Below are positions 39,258-50,191 of a stretch of 64,000 nt of DNA, piece after piece (position 1 is the first letter of the stretch; the number at the start of each line of letters is the position of its first letter). The DNA is from an uncultured Gammaproteobacteria bacterium (lineage in GTDB: Bacteria; Patescibacteriota; Microgenomatia; UBA10105; UBA927). Made by a program: the position numbers and the translations under genes. A model generated the notes under the pieces. That model was given only the letters and a program-made list of their open reading frames with translations, ran no database searches and was not told the DNA's origin. The stretch is from positions 78,214 to 142,213 of the forward strand of contig CAZNKB010000004.1 of NCBI GenBank assembly GCA_964573695.1, given 5' to 3'.

Positions 39258-40013
39258 TTATGTGGCGAGCCAGCCACCATCGACATAGAGAGTAGCCCCC
39301 GTTGTATACGCTGCTTCATCCGATGCGAAGTAAACGACGGCTGCCGCGATTTCTTCCGGTGTTCCTATGCGTTTAATAGGGAGGCGCGCAAACATGCCTT
39401 GTTTTTGCTGCTCGGTAATCCCTTGTGTCATTTCGGTTTCAATCGCTCCGGGCCCTATGGCGTTGACAGTAATTCCCATTGGGCCTAATTCTCCCGCTAA
39501 AGCCTCTGTAAGCCCGACAATGCCTCCTTTGCTTGCTACGTAGTGGGAGATCATGGGGTATCCTATGCCGACACCTCCTGAGGCGATAGAAGCGATGTTT
39601 ATGATACGGCCAAATTTATTTTTGGCCATTTCTCGGCCAGCTGCTTGAGCAGCGTAAAAGTAGCCTTTTAAGTTCGTGTCTATTACTTTGTCCCACGCCT
39701 CCTCCTTCATGTCTAGGAACGGGGAGTATTCGAGTACCCCGGCGTTATTTACCAAAATATCCAAACGCCCAAACGCTGATACGGCAGAGGCAACCGCAGA
39801 GTCCACTTCACTGCGTTTCGTGATATCCATTTGTACCGGGAGAGCCTCCTTGCCTCGGGATTTAATTTCTGCAGCAAGCGCCACGAGTTTTTCCATGCGG
39901 CGCGCAGCAAGGACGACTTTTGCTCCCTGGTTGGCTAATGCTATAGCGGTTGACCGACCCATTCCGCTGGATGCTCCAGTCACGAGTGCCACTTTTCCGG
40001 ACAAATCAAACAT
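39258..40013 (-). CDS. SDR family oxidoreductase (FabG-like)
   Basis: TGASSGMG, NNAG, YVASK, VDGG. Confidence 0.93.
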   Translation of the reverse strand: MFDLSGKVALVTGASSGMGRSTAIALANQGAKVVLAARRMEKLVALAAEIKSRGKEALPVQMDITKRSEVDSAVASAVSAFGRLDILVNNAGVLEYSPFLDMKEEAWDKVIDTNLKGYFYAAQAAGREMAKNKFGRIINIASIASGGVGIGYPMISHYVASKGGIVGLTEALAGELGPMGITVNAIGPGAIETEMTQGITEQQKQGMFARLPIKRIGTPEEIAAAVVYFASDEAAYTTGATLYVDGGWLAT

Positions 40014-40034
40014 ATAGCCCTCCTTATAAGCTGC

Positions 40035-40475
40035 TTACTTTTGTAGTGTATGACTTTTGAGGAGCAATAGGAAGATAACGACCATATTGACCGCGGAGAG
40101 CGCACACCAGGTGCAGATACCCTTGATGACAAAAATTTCCGTATACGTAAACCACGATACGAATACCACCCCGAATGTCGCCATGCCGAGCATTCCCTTG
40201 AGCATCCAGGACTTATGGTGCGATGTGCGTAAAAATGCAAGAGTGGCAAGGATTGTGTATCCCACTAGCCCTACAGCAGGGACGGGGATGACGCCAAAAA
40301 GATAGCTCGCCGGATTTTTGCGTACCAATTCGCAGCCGCTTGTGACACATACGATTCCCGTTTTTCGGATGAAACTCTGGAGGACGTAAATCGCCATGGC
40401 GATACCGATTAACGAGAGTATGAAGATGATTCGGTTGAGATTGCGTGATTTGTCTTCTGTGGCTGATTTCGACAT
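40035..40475 (-). CDS. Vitamin K epoxide reductase family protein
   Basis: C....C..V, FGVIPVPAVG, ICTWC. Confidence 0.88.
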   Translation of the reverse strand: MSKSATEDKSRNLNRIIFILSLIGIAMAIYVLQSFIRKTGIVCVTSGCELVRKNPASYLFGVIPVPAVGLVGYTILATLAFLRTSHHKSWMLKGMLGMATFGVVFVSWFTYTEIFVIKGICTWCALSAVNMVVIFLLLLKSHTLQK

Positions 40476-40562
40476 ACAAATAGTATACATAAATTCCAAA
40501 ATATTTATGTGAGGTATCATACACACGAATTGTGACATGAAGATGTATACTCATTGTAAGGT

Positions 40563-41222
40563 ATGGCAAAAGCGGATCCTGAAGCGGTCAAAAATATCGA
40601 GGCGTTTTTTGTGCGCCACCAGTCGATGACCTACAAAAAAGGAGAGCTCATCTTGCGAGCTGAAGACGCGCCGTTTGGCGTTTACTACCTCCAGAGCGGG
40701 TACGTCCGGCAGTATTTACTTTCACCTTCGGGTGAGACGTTTATCGTTCATATTTATAAGCCCGGATCGTTTTTCCCGCTTACGTGGATATTAAACGATA
40801 CTCCTAATGTCTATCATTTTGAAGCAATGACGCCGGTGAGCGTCGTGCGGGCGCCAAAAGATGCGTTCGTGGAGTTTTTGAAGGCTCATCCTGAGGTATT
40901 GTTTTACGCAACTCAGCGATTGGCATTGGGGCTTGCCGGATTTGTAAGTCGCGTTGCTCAGTTGGTGCTTGATGACGCATATACAAAAACCATTCTTCTT
41001 ATTCTCTATTACGCCGACAACTTCGGAGAGAAAACCAAGGAGGGGATTGCGCTTAACATTCCCCTCACGCATCGGGAAATTGCATCATGGATCGGTACCA
41101 CCCGGGAAACAGCAAGCTTACAGGTGGAAACACTGGTAAAAAAAGGATTACTTTTTACCCGCGGCAGGCTGCTTATCGTTCGTGATTGTACACAGCTTCA
41201 GAAAGAGATAAACCGGAATTGA
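40563..41222 (+). CDS. Crp/Fnr family transcriptional regulator
   Basis: cNMP-binding barrel plus HTH LTHREIASWIGTTRETAS. Confidence 0.92.
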   Translation: MAKADPEAVKNIEAFFVRHQSMTYKKGELILRAEDAPFGVYYLQSGYVRQYLLSPSGETFIVHIYKPGSFFPLTWILNDTPNVYHFEAMTPVSVVRAPKDAFVEFLKAHPEVLFYATQRLALGLAGFVSRVAQLVLDDAYTKTILLILYYADNFGEKTKEGIALNIPLTHREIASWIGTTRETASLQVETLVKKGLLFTRGRLLIVRDCTQLQKEINRN

Positions 41223-41230
41223 TTTTGTCT

Positions 41231-42424
41231 TTATGCTCCGCAACTGCCTCCGGTTGTCGGGCGGTTGGGAAGAGGGCCGACTTTTTTCGAGATTTCACCC
41301 GCGCCCTTTCCGCTGGAGAATTTTTCTCCTAGCACTTCTTTGGCGTTAACGTTGTTCCATGAAGTGCCCGATCGGGCAAAATATGTGGCAACCGTAAGAT
41401 AACTGTCCGGGAACCAGAAGCTATTAAAGCCCAGCACGTACCGGTATATATCGGTTTCCGGAATGTTGGCAGACACCAGAAGTTCTATGACTGCAAGTGC
41501 TGCCATGCCGTGATTACAATCCGGAAACCATGTAGAGTTTCCGCAGCACGGACGGTACACGTTTTTGGCGATTTCACCAACCTTCATCTGCTGGTCGGCT
41601 GTCAACGAGATAAAGTCAAATTTATTCAGATAATTAACAGCGTTTCCTTCGGATAAGCTCCAGCCACCTGTGGATGCGAAGTCTCCTTGTTGATTCGCAT
41701 ATTCTTTCCCTAATGGTCCGTCCGTATAGACGATGCTTTTTTGTGCTAATCCGAGCGCCCATAATACGTCAACTACGAACTGACTATTAGCAGCATTAAT
41801 GTTTATGTTGTCCTCTGAACCCTCCGTCAATATTTTGATCTGCTCGGGCGTCATGGATACAACTTTTTTAAATTCAGGATAATTGATAACACCGGCCCGC
41901 GTGAGCTTTTGTCCAATATCTTTCCAGGCGACAGGAAGTGTAATTCCGTCTTTCGGCAGAACTGATGCTTCAAGCGTGGAAAGGTTCAGAATTTTTCCGC
42001 CGGATTTTTCCCATTGTTCCATACCGCCGGAAAGATGTTTTACGTTCGTGTAGCCAAGCTTTCGGATTGTCAGCAGCGCTTCTTCGCTCATTCTGCCGGA
42101 TTTGCAGTAGAGGACAATAGGGGCATTCTTATCTTTCGGCAGCGCACTGCTTTGTTCAACGATTTTGTCGAACGCAATGATTGCGTTTGTCCGTTCGATT
42201 TCTCCTTCATACGGGGTATGAACGTTTATCAGCGTCGTATTTCCCTTTGCTATCATGTTTTTCAACTGACGAACTGACACCGTATCTCCAGCGGAGAGGA
42301 GCTCCGTTTGATTGCGTCCCAATAAGAATCCCAGCAGTAAGACACCTGTGACAAAAAGAAACACATATATTTTTCCCAATGAAGCGGGAGGTGTTTTGGG
42401 TAGCCGGAAAAGAAGTTTTTTCAT
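41231..42424 (-). CDS. Membrane-anchored rhodanese domain fused to an uncharacterised Cys-motif domain
   Basis: TM; IVLYCKSGRMS..LGYTNVKHLSGGMEQW; C-domain RPCCGNSTWFPDCNHG; terminal GGSCGA. Confidence 0.75.
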   Translation of the reverse strand: MKKLLFRLPKTPPASLGKIYVFLFVTGVLLLGFLLGRNQTELLSAGDTVSVRQLKNMIAKGNTTLINVHTPYEGEIERTNAIIAFDKIVEQSSALPKDKNAPIVLYCKSGRMSEEALLTIRKLGYTNVKHLSGGMEQWEKSGGKILNLSTLEASVLPKDGITLPVAWKDIGQKLTRAGVINYPEFKKVVSMTPEQIKILTEGSEDNININAANSQFVVDVLWALGLAQKSIVYTDGPLGKEYANQQGDFASTGGWSLSEGNAVNYLNKFDFISLTADQQMKVGEIAKNVYRPCCGNSTWFPDCNHGMAALAVIELLVSANIPETDIYRYVLGFNSFWFPDSYLTVATYFARSGTSWNNVNAKEVLGEKFSSGKGAGEISKKVGPLPNRPTTGGSCGA

Positions 42425-43257
42425 GAATGTTTCCTTTCTTTTTGAATCAGGATTGCTATCGTTATAACGAGCAGCGCGCCAAAGAAATATTCACCATAGG
42501 GGAGTGAGCGTATATAGCGCGCGACGCCCCAGAATACCCCCAAACTGGTTTCCAGCGGTTGCGCCATGCCCATGGTAATGCGCCCCGTCAGCGCCAGAAC
42601 GCTAAACAGAATACCAACGAGTATATAAAGAATGCCGGCGATATAATCGGTTAACAGAATTGATTTTCCAAGTGCTTTGATCGTTTTAGTGCGAATTAGG
42701 GGAAGTGTCGTCCAATTTACTTTTTCTAACATAAGTGCTAATACGACAAGGGGGGTCACCATGCCGAAGACATATGAGAGTCCGGCAAGGCCGGCCCAGA
42801 GCATATTTATAGAGAGGAAGCTTATGGTGAGTACGCCTGCCAGAACCGGCGTACAGCATGAGGTCGTGATACCTGAAAAGATCCCGAGTACATATACAGA
42901 CCACGGATCGTGACGTTTGTTAAGATCAATGGTCAGATGAATCATAGGGAGCGTTATTTTCCGCCCGGTAATTTCCATAACGCCCAGCAACATCATAAAC
43001 AGTCCGCCGACGACATACGTTTGTGTGTGATAGCCCAAAAAAAGATCGCCGACGGCGCGTATTCCCAGAGCTACGGGAACTAATACAGTGGAGATACCGA
43101 GTCCGAAAATGAGCGTCATCCATACGACCCGGCCTTTTTCGCGAAAAATATTCGCCAAGTAAGAGGGCAGCAGAAACGTAATACAGCATGGCGCAAACAG
43201 CGCCACCATGCCGCCAAAGAATGCAGTAATAAGAGAAACACCAGTTACGAGGGTCAT
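42421..43257 (-). CDS. CcdA/DsbD-like transmembrane thiol-exchange protein
   Basis: AFFGG..ALFAPCC..LLPSYL and SCCTPVL. Confidence 0.8.
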   Translation of the reverse strand: MTLVTGVSLITAFFGGMVALFAPCCITFLLPSYLANIFREKGRVVWMTLIFGLGISTVLVPVALGIRAVGDLFLGYHTQTYVVGGLFMMLLGVMEITGRKITLPMIHLTIDLNKRHDPWSVYVLGIFSGITTSCCTPVLAGVLTISFLSINMLWAGLAGLSYVFGMVTPLVVLALMLEKVNWTTLPLIRTKTIKALGKSILLTDYIAGILYILVGILFSVLALTGRITMGMAQPLETSLGVFWGVARYIRSLPYGEYFFGALLVITIAILIQKERKHS

Positions 43258-43751
43258 AACACGTTTGCGTTTATTGATAGTTCAACTTCAGGATTTTTGG
43301 GGTCATTTGTGGAGAATCGAATTTGCCGGGATACTACGCCCAATACAGGCATAATTTTCGGGCGGTATATTGCCTTGAGTGTCGCGGTTTGACTGGCAGG
43401 TACTTCACCAATCCAATTTTTCATGGCGCTATTCATGTGTGTCGGCATATTGAATTCTCCCGTTTCAGATCCTCCAATCGTGACAGTTGCGTACGTGCAG
43501 TTGCATGATGTGGAAACTCCCCAAATCCGTAATGTTGTATCACTGGTATTTGTTATCGTAAACGTAGCTGTTTTGTCTTCGCTTACCTTCATAGAGCCGA
43601 AGTCTTCCTCTTTTTTGTCGATAGTCATAGAGGCAATTCCCATATTTTCCCGATTGGGAGCATTATCACGGCTTAATGTTACCGCCGCCCCAACGATGAT
43701 AAGAACGCTTACGATAATCGCCCCGAAAATAAATTTAGAATCAGAATTCAT
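43254..43751 (-). CDS. DUF1573 domain protein
   Basis: [23 protein letters not shown]. Confidence 0.8.
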   Translation of the reverse strand: MNSDSKFIFGAIIVSVLIIVGAAVTLSRDNAPNRENMGIASMTIDKKEEDFGSMKVSEDKTATFTITNTSDTTLRIWGVSTSCNCTYATVTIGGSETGEFNMPTHMNSAMKNWIGEVPASQTATLKAIYRPKIMPVLGVVSRQIRFSTNDPKNPEVELSINANVL

Positions 43752-45988
43752 ATTTTTGCCCCTTTAAGCCGGAGAGAATTACCCACAACGGAAATGCTGC
43801 TTGCTGCCATGGCAAACGCGGCAATGGCAGGGTTTAATAACCAGCCGGTAAACGGGTAGAGAATGCCGGAGGAAACCGGAATAAGGATGACGTTGTATGC
43901 GAATGCCCAGAAGAGGTTTTGTTTGATAATAGTAAGAGTCGTTTTTGATAGTTTTATTGCGGAAACGACGCTTCCCAAGTCTTTGTTCAGTAATGTGATT
44001 CCGGCTGATTCTATCGCGACATCAGTTCCGGTTCCCATGGCAATTCCGACATCAGCTCCGGCAAGCGCAGGTGCGTCATTGATGCCATCGCCGGCAAATG
44101 CGACAGCGGCGTGTTTTAGACTCTTGAGTTGCGTAATTTTTTCCGCTTTTTGTTGCGGAAGCACGCCGGCTAGCACGTTGGTAATTCCCGCTGTTTTTGC
44201 GACAGCTCTTGCTGTGCGTTCGTTGTCCCCGGTGATCATCCAGACGGTAATTCCAAGACGGATAAGCGCATTGACGGTATGTTTGGCGCTGGGTTTGAGC
44301 GTATCGGCAACGGCGATAAGCCCTAATAAATTTTTCCCTGCAGACAGCAGCATGACCGTCTTTCCTTCTTTTTCGAGAGAGCTCATTTTTTTCTCGGCTG
44401 AGCCCACGGAAATACCCTGAGACTCCATAAGCGTTCTGTTTCCGAGGTAGTAGGGTGTTTGATTGATACTGCCGGTAATGCCGCGGCCGGCAATAGCGCG
44501 AAATTTTATCACGCTGCTTGCGGTGATTGCATGGTCTTTGGCGTATGCAATAATTGCTTCTCCCAAGGAATGTTCAGAGCCTTTTTCAAGAGACGACGCG
44601 ATGCGGAGAATGTCGTTCTTCTGGTTTTTGCCTAACGGAATAATGTCGGTGACTACTGGTTTCCCGATAGTAAGCGTGCCGGTTTTATCAAAAACAATAG
44701 TGTTGATCTTGTGCGCTGTTTCCAGGCTGGACGCGTCTTTTATGAGTATACCGCGTTCTGCTCCCTTGCCCGTGCCGACCATGATTGCCGTGGGCGTTGC
44801 GAGCCCCAGCGCACAGGGGCAGGCGATAATAAGAACGGCAATCATATTGACGAATCCGGCAACGGGAAGACCAAAGTCGTACCAAACGACAAACGTCGCG
44901 ACAGCAAGCATAAGGACGACGGGAACAAAGTATCCGCTCACCACATCGGCAAGCCGTTGGATAGGAGCCCTTGTGCTTTGCGCTTCTGAAACCAACTTCA
45001 CGATTTGAGAGAGCATAGTGTCGGAGCCCACCTTCATGGCGACAAAAAGAAACGTGCCTGTTTTATTTATAGTAGAGCCGATAACCAAATCACCCGCGTT
45101 TTTATCGACCGGGATAGATTCGCCCGTGACCATGGATTCGTCTATCGAGCTCGTGCCGCTGGTTATTTTCCCGTCGACGGGAATTTTTTCTCCCGGACGG
45201 ACACGAATATTGTCGCCCACCTTTACCTCATTTATGGGAATATCGATTTCTTTGCCGTTTCTTATGACTCGGGCAGTTTTGGCTTGCAAGTGAAGAAGTT
45301 TTTTGATCGCGTCGCTGGTATGGGCTTTGGCTTGGGCCTCAAAGAGTCTTCCTAATAGTATAAGTGTGATAATGACCGCGGCCGTGTCATAGTACATAAC
45401 CATGGGGAAACCGAGAGTGTTCAGTTGTGTACCAAATACCGTTGTCATGAGAGAAAAGCCATATGCCGCAGTCGTGCCGACGGCAATCAACGTGTCCATG
45501 CTCGCGGCTCTGTTTCGGAGCCCCGACCAGGTTGCCTGATAGAAACTTTTGCCTGCCCAAAATTGTACCGGTGTTGATAATGCAAGCAGTACCATGGGGT
45601 TACTCAAGAGTTTATAGAATGGCGCTATGGCTGAAAAAACGCCGGTAAACCATTCGGGGAAGCTTCCCAGCAGTATGAGTACGCTTAGCACTCCTGATAC
45701 GATCACCTTTGTTTTGAGGTCTGCTAGCTCTGCTTTTTTTGCAGCCTCTTTTATGTCTTCGGGTTTTTCCTGGTTAGTTGTCGATATTGCTGCCTTGTAT
45801 CCGGCTGATTCTACTGAGGCCGCTATAGATTCTAACGTGCAGGAGGTGGGATCAAATTCTATGGCGGCTGATTCACTTCCATAATTGACGGACGCATCGG
45901 TAACACCCGGCGTTTTTTTGAGCTGTCGCTCAATAAGCCGGGCACAGCTAGCGCAATGCATGCCAATAACAGGAAATGAGGTTTTCAT
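43748..45988 (-). CDS. copA: Copper-translocating P1B-type ATPase
   Basis: [42 protein letters not shown]. Confidence 0.95.
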   Translation of the reverse strand: MKTSFPVIGMHCASCARLIERQLKKTPGVTDASVNYGSESAAIEFDPTSCTLESIAASVESAGYKAAISTTNQEKPEDIKEAAKKAELADLKTKVIVSGVLSVLILLGSFPEWFTGVFSAIAPFYKLLSNPMVLLALSTPVQFWAGKSFYQATWSGLRNRAASMDTLIAVGTTAAYGFSLMTTVFGTQLNTLGFPMVMYYDTAAVIITLILLGRLFEAQAKAHTSDAIKKLLHLQAKTARVIRNGKEIDIPINEVKVGDNIRVRPGEKIPVDGKITSGTSSIDESMVTGESIPVDKNAGDLVIGSTINKTGTFLFVAMKVGSDTMLSQIVKLVSEAQSTRAPIQRLADVVSGYFVPVVLMLAVATFVVWYDFGLPVAGFVNMIAVLIIACPCALGLATPTAIMVGTGKGAERGILIKDASSLETAHKINTIVFDKTGTLTIGKPVVTDIIPLGKNQKNDILRIASSLEKGSEHSLGEAIIAYAKDHAITASSVIKFRAIAGRGITGSINQTPYYLGNRTLMESQGISVGSAEKKMSSLEKEGKTVMLLSAGKNLLGLIAVADTLKPSAKHTVNALIRLGITVWMITGDNERTARAVAKTAGITNVLAGVLPQQKAEKITQLKSLKHAAVAFAGDGINDAPALAGADVGIAMGTGTDVAIESAGITLLNKDLGSVVSAIKLSKTTLTIIKQNLFWAFAYNVILIPVSSGILYPFTGWLLNPAIAAFAMAASSISVVGNSLRLKGAKI

Positions 45989-46347
45989 ATGACAATAATT
46001 TTTCCGTGAAACATGCTCATACCACAATGCATATCGTAAGTTCCTGCTTTGACAGGGGAGAGTGTTATGGTGACGGGTGTATTGAGAGGAAGAAATCTTT
46101 TTATTTTGAAATCGCTAACGAGAATTTCTTCTAGGCAACTATTGGGATCCGTCCGGGTGAGCGTGATTGTGGATTTTTTGTTGGCGGGCACAACAATGGT
46201 GTTTGGTTTGTAGCCACCGTCTACGAGGATATCCCATTTTTCCTTGGCGGAGCCATATCCGGATTCAGCAGATCTGTTTCCGAAAAAAAACCAGTAAATT
46301 CCGCCGATACCCAATATCCCAAGAAGCGTGACAAGAAATTTATCCAT
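45985..46347 (-). CDS. Membrane-anchored cupredoxin-domain copper chaperone (CupA-like)
   Basis: N-terminal TM; [15 protein letters not shown]. Confidence 0.82.
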   Translation of the reverse strand: MDKFLVTLLGILGIGGIYWFFFGNRSAESGYGSAKEKWDILVDGGYKPNTIVVPANKKSTITLTRTDPNSCLEEILVSDFKIKRFLPLNTPVTITLSPVKAGTYDMHCGMSMFHGKIIVI

Positions 46348-46624
46348 GTTGTTTCTCCATGACCTTCATGACTTCTGCTATGACTTCCTCGGTGTTGCCT
46401 TTGCGGATTTCTTCGGCGACGCACGTTTCCATGTGGTTTCGTAAGATTTCCTGGTCAGTGCTGCGTAGTGCCGCCTGTACTGCTAATGATTGGTGAATGA
46501 CATCAACACAGTAGTTGCCTTGTTCCATCATTCGGATAACTTTGTCTAAATGACCGCGTGCTATCTTCATGCGGTGAAGGATTTTATTCTGAATTGATTG
46601 ATGTCGCGGTATTCCTTTTGGCAT
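46340..46624 (-). CDS. csoR: Copper-sensing repressor, CsoR family
   Basis: RMKIARGHL, YCVDVIHQ, HMETC. Confidence 0.9.
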   Translation of the reverse strand: MPKGIPRHQSIQNKILHRMKIARGHLDKVIRMMEQGNYCVDVIHQSLAVQAALRSTDQEILRNHMETCVAEEIRKGNTEEVIAEVMKVMEKQHG

Positions 46625-46664
46625 ATAAATCCTCCTTGACCCCGATAAAGTCGGGGTTGACTTA

Positions 46665-46683
46665 TATCCCCCCTATGGGGATA
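46665..46683. promoter_or_regulatory. Probable CsoR operator
   Basis: Pseudo-palindrome TATCCCC-CCTAT-GGGGATA with C/G tracts between divergent copper genes. Confidence 0.65.
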
Positions 46684-46742
46684 GAATCATCCTATCATGT
46701 TTTTGCGGATTGTCAATTCTTTTGGTACACTTACTTAACTTT

Positions 46743-47750
46743 ATGCCAAATCTTTGGATCATATTTACAACGGGACTGATCGCCGGGGGACTGACCTGTA
46801 TGGCCGTGCAGGGAGGAATACTGACCACTGCACTTACACGAGAGGAAGAGGCGGATCCGAAGGGTTCTCGGGTGGTAGGCGTGACGGCGTTTCTTATGGC
46901 CAAACTCCTTTCTCATGCGATCCTTGGGGCTCTTCTGGGGTGGTTGGGGTCATTCATCGCGCTCTCACCCAGAACTCAGGCAATCGGAATCGGGCTTGTC
47001 TCCCTGTTTATGATCGGAACCGCACTGTCATTTCTCGATATCCACCCTATTTTCCGATACTTCGTCATACAGCCTCCACGAATGCTCACGCGTTATATTC
47101 GCGGAACCGCGAAGGGGGGTAGTTGGTACGCACCGGTACTCATCGGATTGCTTTCTATCTTTATTCCCTGCGGGACGACGCAGGCGATGATGGTGTTGGC
47201 CGCAAGCACGGGGAGTCCTTTATGGGGAATGGCGGTACTGGGAGTTTTCGTTTTGGGAACGGCCCCGCTTTTCTTTCTTTTGGGAATTTCTATTGATGTG
47301 ATCAAAGCAACGCTGAAAGAAAAATTCGGTGTGGTAGCATCTGTACTCGTTATGTCGCTTGCGCTTATTAACCTAAATGCCGCGCTTACGCTCTACGGAT
47401 CACGAGTAAATTTGTGGTCGTTGCCGCGTGCTTTGTTTTGTGCGGTGACATTTTGTACCCCGCTAGAGGGTAATCTGGATGCGACGACGACGCCAACGAT
47501 CACCTTTTGGCTCAATGGATATAAAATTGATAACCCTGTTATTCCTAAAGGGGAATCGATTACTCTAACGCTCACAAACACGGCAGGGCAAGGGTGCGTT
47601 CAGGCGTTTACCATTCCGGCACTCGATATTCAGGAGGTAGTGCCTGTCGGGATAACCAAGACGCTCACCTTTACCGCCCCAGACAGGAGCGGAGAGTTAG
47701 CGTTTAGTTGTAGTATGGGTATGTACGGAGGAAAATTTATTGTGCGTTAA
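46743..47750 (+). CDS. DsbD_2/TauE-like membrane protein with C-terminal cupredoxin domain
   Basis: GGLTCMAVQGG, IPCGTTQAM, FSCSMGMYGG. Confidence 0.82.
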   Translation: MPNLWIIFTTGLIAGGLTCMAVQGGILTTALTREEEADPKGSRVVGVTAFLMAKLLSHAILGALLGWLGSFIALSPRTQAIGIGLVSLFMIGTALSFLDIHPIFRYFVIQPPRMLTRYIRGTAKGGSWYAPVLIGLLSIFIPCGTTQAMMVLAASTGSPLWGMAVLGVFVLGTAPLFFLLGISIDVIKATLKEKFGVVASVLVMSLALINLNAALTLYGSRVNLWSLPRALFCAVTFCTPLEGNLDATTTPTITFWLNGYKIDNPVIPKGESITLTLTNTAGQGCVQAFTIPALDIQEVVPVGITKTLTFTAPDRSGELAFSCSMGMYGGKFIVR

Positions 47751-47762
47751 CACTATTTTGAT

Positions 47763-47972
47763 ATGAAAACAAAAAAGACATATAAAATAGTAGGCATGCA
47801 TTGTTCAAGTTGTGCCATGCTTATTGAAGGGGAGTTGGAGGACAGGGGTATCACCGGGCGGTGTAGTTATATCAAGCAAGTCGTTGAGGTGGAAGCCGCG
47901 GATACGGGGAAAATCGATGCGGTAGTAAAGGAAGCCGTTGAAGCGGCGGGATATCACGTGAGCGGGACATAA
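47763..47972 (+). CDS. Heavy-metal-associated (CopZ-like) chaperone
   Basis: GMHCSSC, AVEAAGY. Confidence 0.85.
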   Translation: MKTKKTYKIVGMHCSSCAMLIEGELEDRGITGRCSYIKQVVEVEAADTGKIDAVVKEAVEAAGYHVSGT

Positions 47973-48092
47973 ATTTCGGGTACCTATATAATTTGGAGCG
48001 TAATAACAGCACAAAAACATTGGGGTTTACAGGTAAGTAGCGGGTGGTATACTAAAAATCCTTAAAAACTGTTTTTGTGCGAAGGAGGCATT

Positions 48093-48410
48093 ATGGCAGA
48101 TGTAACAGATCAGACGTTCGAGACAGACGTGCTAAAATCGGCTACTCCCGTGCTCGTGGATTTTTGGGCTGTTTGGTGCGGACCGTGTCAGGTGCAGGGG
48201 CCTATCGTTGAGGAGGTGGCGACAGCGCTGGGGGATAAGGCAAAAGTACTTAAGCTCAATGTTGATGAAAATCCCATGTACGCACAGAAATTTGGGATTA
48301 TGAGCATCCCGACGCTCATGATTTTCAATAACGGTTCTGTCGTGAAGCAATTTGTCGGTGTCACCAGTAAAGAATCGCTGGTCGGGGAGTTGAACAAGCT
48401 CATTTCGTAA
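48093..48410 (+). CDS. trxA: Thioredoxin
   Basis: DFWAVWCGPC, SIPTL; GGAGG SD. Confidence 0.96.
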   Translation: MADVTDQTFETDVLKSATPVLVDFWAVWCGPCQVQGPIVEEVATALGDKAKVLKLNVDENPMYAQKFGIMSIPTLMIFNNGSVVKQFVGVTSKESLVGELNKLIS

Positions 48411-48427
48411 CATCCACTTACACACGC

Positions 48428-49390
48428 ATGACTTATGATGTCGTGATTATCGGGAGCGGGCCGGCGGGGTATACAGCAGCGCTGTATGCGTCACGCGCGT
48501 TCCTTAAGACGCTTGTCCTGTCCGGTCGTGAGCCGGGTGGGCAGCTTACGACGACGACCGAGGTTGATAATTTCCCCGGATTTCCCAAAGGGATACTCGG
48601 GCCTCAGCTTGTGACAGATATGAAAACTCAAGTTGAGCGTTTTGGCGCAGAAATACGGGTAGCAGTCGTTTCGCGTATCGCCAAATCCCCGGACGGAAAA
48701 ACATTTACACTGGTTACGGACACGGGTGACATTTCCACAAAAACAGTAATCGTCGCCACAGGAGCGTCCGCTATGTACCTCGGGTTGCCGTCGGAAGAAA
48801 AGCTGCGGGGGAAAGGTGTTTCGGCGTGTGCCACCTGCGACGGATTTTTTTTCCGTGGTAAAGTGGTCAGTGTCATCGGGGGTGGGGATACCGCCATGGA
48901 AGAGGCGACATTTTTGACAAAGTTTGCACCCAAGGTAACGGTGATTCATAGAAGGGACGAATTTCGGGCGTCGGCGATTATGCTTGACCGGGCAAAAAAA
49001 GATGAACGGATCAGTTTTCTCACAAATAAGATTGTGGAGGAAATACTCGGGGATAAGGAGGTTACCGGTATCCGGCTTAAGGATGCGAAAACAGGAGAGA
49101 CTATGGACTATCCGACACAGGGCGTATTTTTGGCAATCGGACACAAGCCCAGTACGGATTTTCTCAAAGGATTTGTCGAGTTAGACCCTAAAGGGTATGT
49201 GTTAATGAGTAGCAAACAGTTAACAGGTAACAGTTCGAATCGTGCATTATTACCACAAACGGAAACGAGCGTTCCTGGCGTGTTTGCCGCAGGAGACTGT
49301 GTTGATCCCCGATATCGGCAGGCGATCGTGGCTGCAGGACAAGGATGTATGGCAGCCATGGACGCAGAAAAATATTTAGAATCACATTGA
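48428..49390 (+). CDS. trxB: Thioredoxin-disulfide reductase
   Basis: GSGPAG, CATCDG, GGGDTAMEEA, HRRDEFRAS, FAAGD. Confidence 0.96.
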   Translation: MTYDVVIIGSGPAGYTAALYASRAFLKTLVLSGREPGGQLTTTTEVDNFPGFPKGILGPQLVTDMKTQVERFGAEIRVAVVSRIAKSPDGKTFTLVTDTGDISTKTVIVATGASAMYLGLPSEEKLRGKGVSACATCDGFFFRGKVVSVIGGGDTAMEEATFLTKFAPKVTVIHRRDEFRASAIMLDRAKKDERISFLTNKIVEEILGDKEVTGIRLKDAKTGETMDYPTQGVFLAIGHKPSTDFLKGFVELDPKGYVLMSSKQLTGNSSNRALLPQTETSVPGVFAAGDCVDPRYRQAIVAAGQGCMAAMDAEKYLESH

Positions 49391-49425
49391 TTGCGTCATC
49401 ATTTTTTTAAACACGCTCGCCTGCT

Positions 49426-50151
49426 ATGGCACAAAAGATCACCCTTGAAGTCAGTAAAAAAGAACAAGTAACAGAGAATATTTTCTTTGTCACGTTTCGG
49501 CTTCTTAGCCCTCCTTCGATCGATTTTCGAGCGGGACAAAACATGATGCTCATGATCTCCCCGGGCGTCAATCGTACGATGTCGATCGCTTCTCCTCCGA
49601 GTTTGGCAGTACAGGCAGGCCAGAACAACGAACTCCTGATGATTCATGATGTGAGTCCTATGGGGCCGGGGAGCCTATGGACTATTGGGTTAAAGGTCGG
49701 GGACAAGGCGACGATCGTGGCTCCTACGGGGGGCGCCTTGTCGTTTATCGAATCCCCACGAAAAAAAGTCATGGTTGCGACCGGTACAGGGATTGCTCCG
49801 TTCCATGCAATGATTTTGGACTACATGAGTAAAGGAACTGTTTTGTCGCATGTACCTTTGGTGTTATATTGGGGATTACGCTTCGAGAGTGATATATATT
49901 GGAAAGAAGAGTTTGACCGGATAGCCGCTCTTAATCCGATGTTAACCTGGAGACTGATACTCTCGAAACCAACTGCAGCATGGCAGGGAGATCGCGGGCA
50001 TGTAACTGAGCACGTGCTGGAATCGGAACACGAGATGCACACTTCGGAATTTTATCTGTGCGGAAACAAAGCGATGATTGAAGACGTTCGGCAATCATTG
50101 CTTGCCCGACACGTACCGAGCGAATACATCAAAACAGAGTTGTTTTACTAA
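49426..50151 (+). CDS. FNR-like FAD/NAD-binding oxidoreductase
   Basis: RTMSIAS, GPGS, ATGTGIAPF, YLCG, terminal ELFY. Confidence 0.88.
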   Translation: MAQKITLEVSKKEQVTENIFFVTFRLLSPPSIDFRAGQNMMLMISPGVNRTMSIASPPSLAVQAGQNNELLMIHDVSPMGPGSLWTIGLKVGDKATIVAPTGGALSFIESPRKKVMVATGTGIAPFHAMILDYMSKGTVLSHVPLVLYWGLRFESDIYWKEEFDRIAALNPMLTWRLILSKPTAAWQGDRGHVTEHVLESEHEMHTSEFYLCGNKAMIEDVRQSLLARHVPSEYIKTELFY

Positions 50152-50191
50152 ACATTATATAAACTGAGTGCGTTTTACCTAAGGAGGTCGT

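Noticed and set aside
40501-40545. Crp/Fnr binding site between VKOR and the Crp gene
   Set aside because: Two TGTGA half-sites exist but neither has a good TCACA at 6-nt spacing
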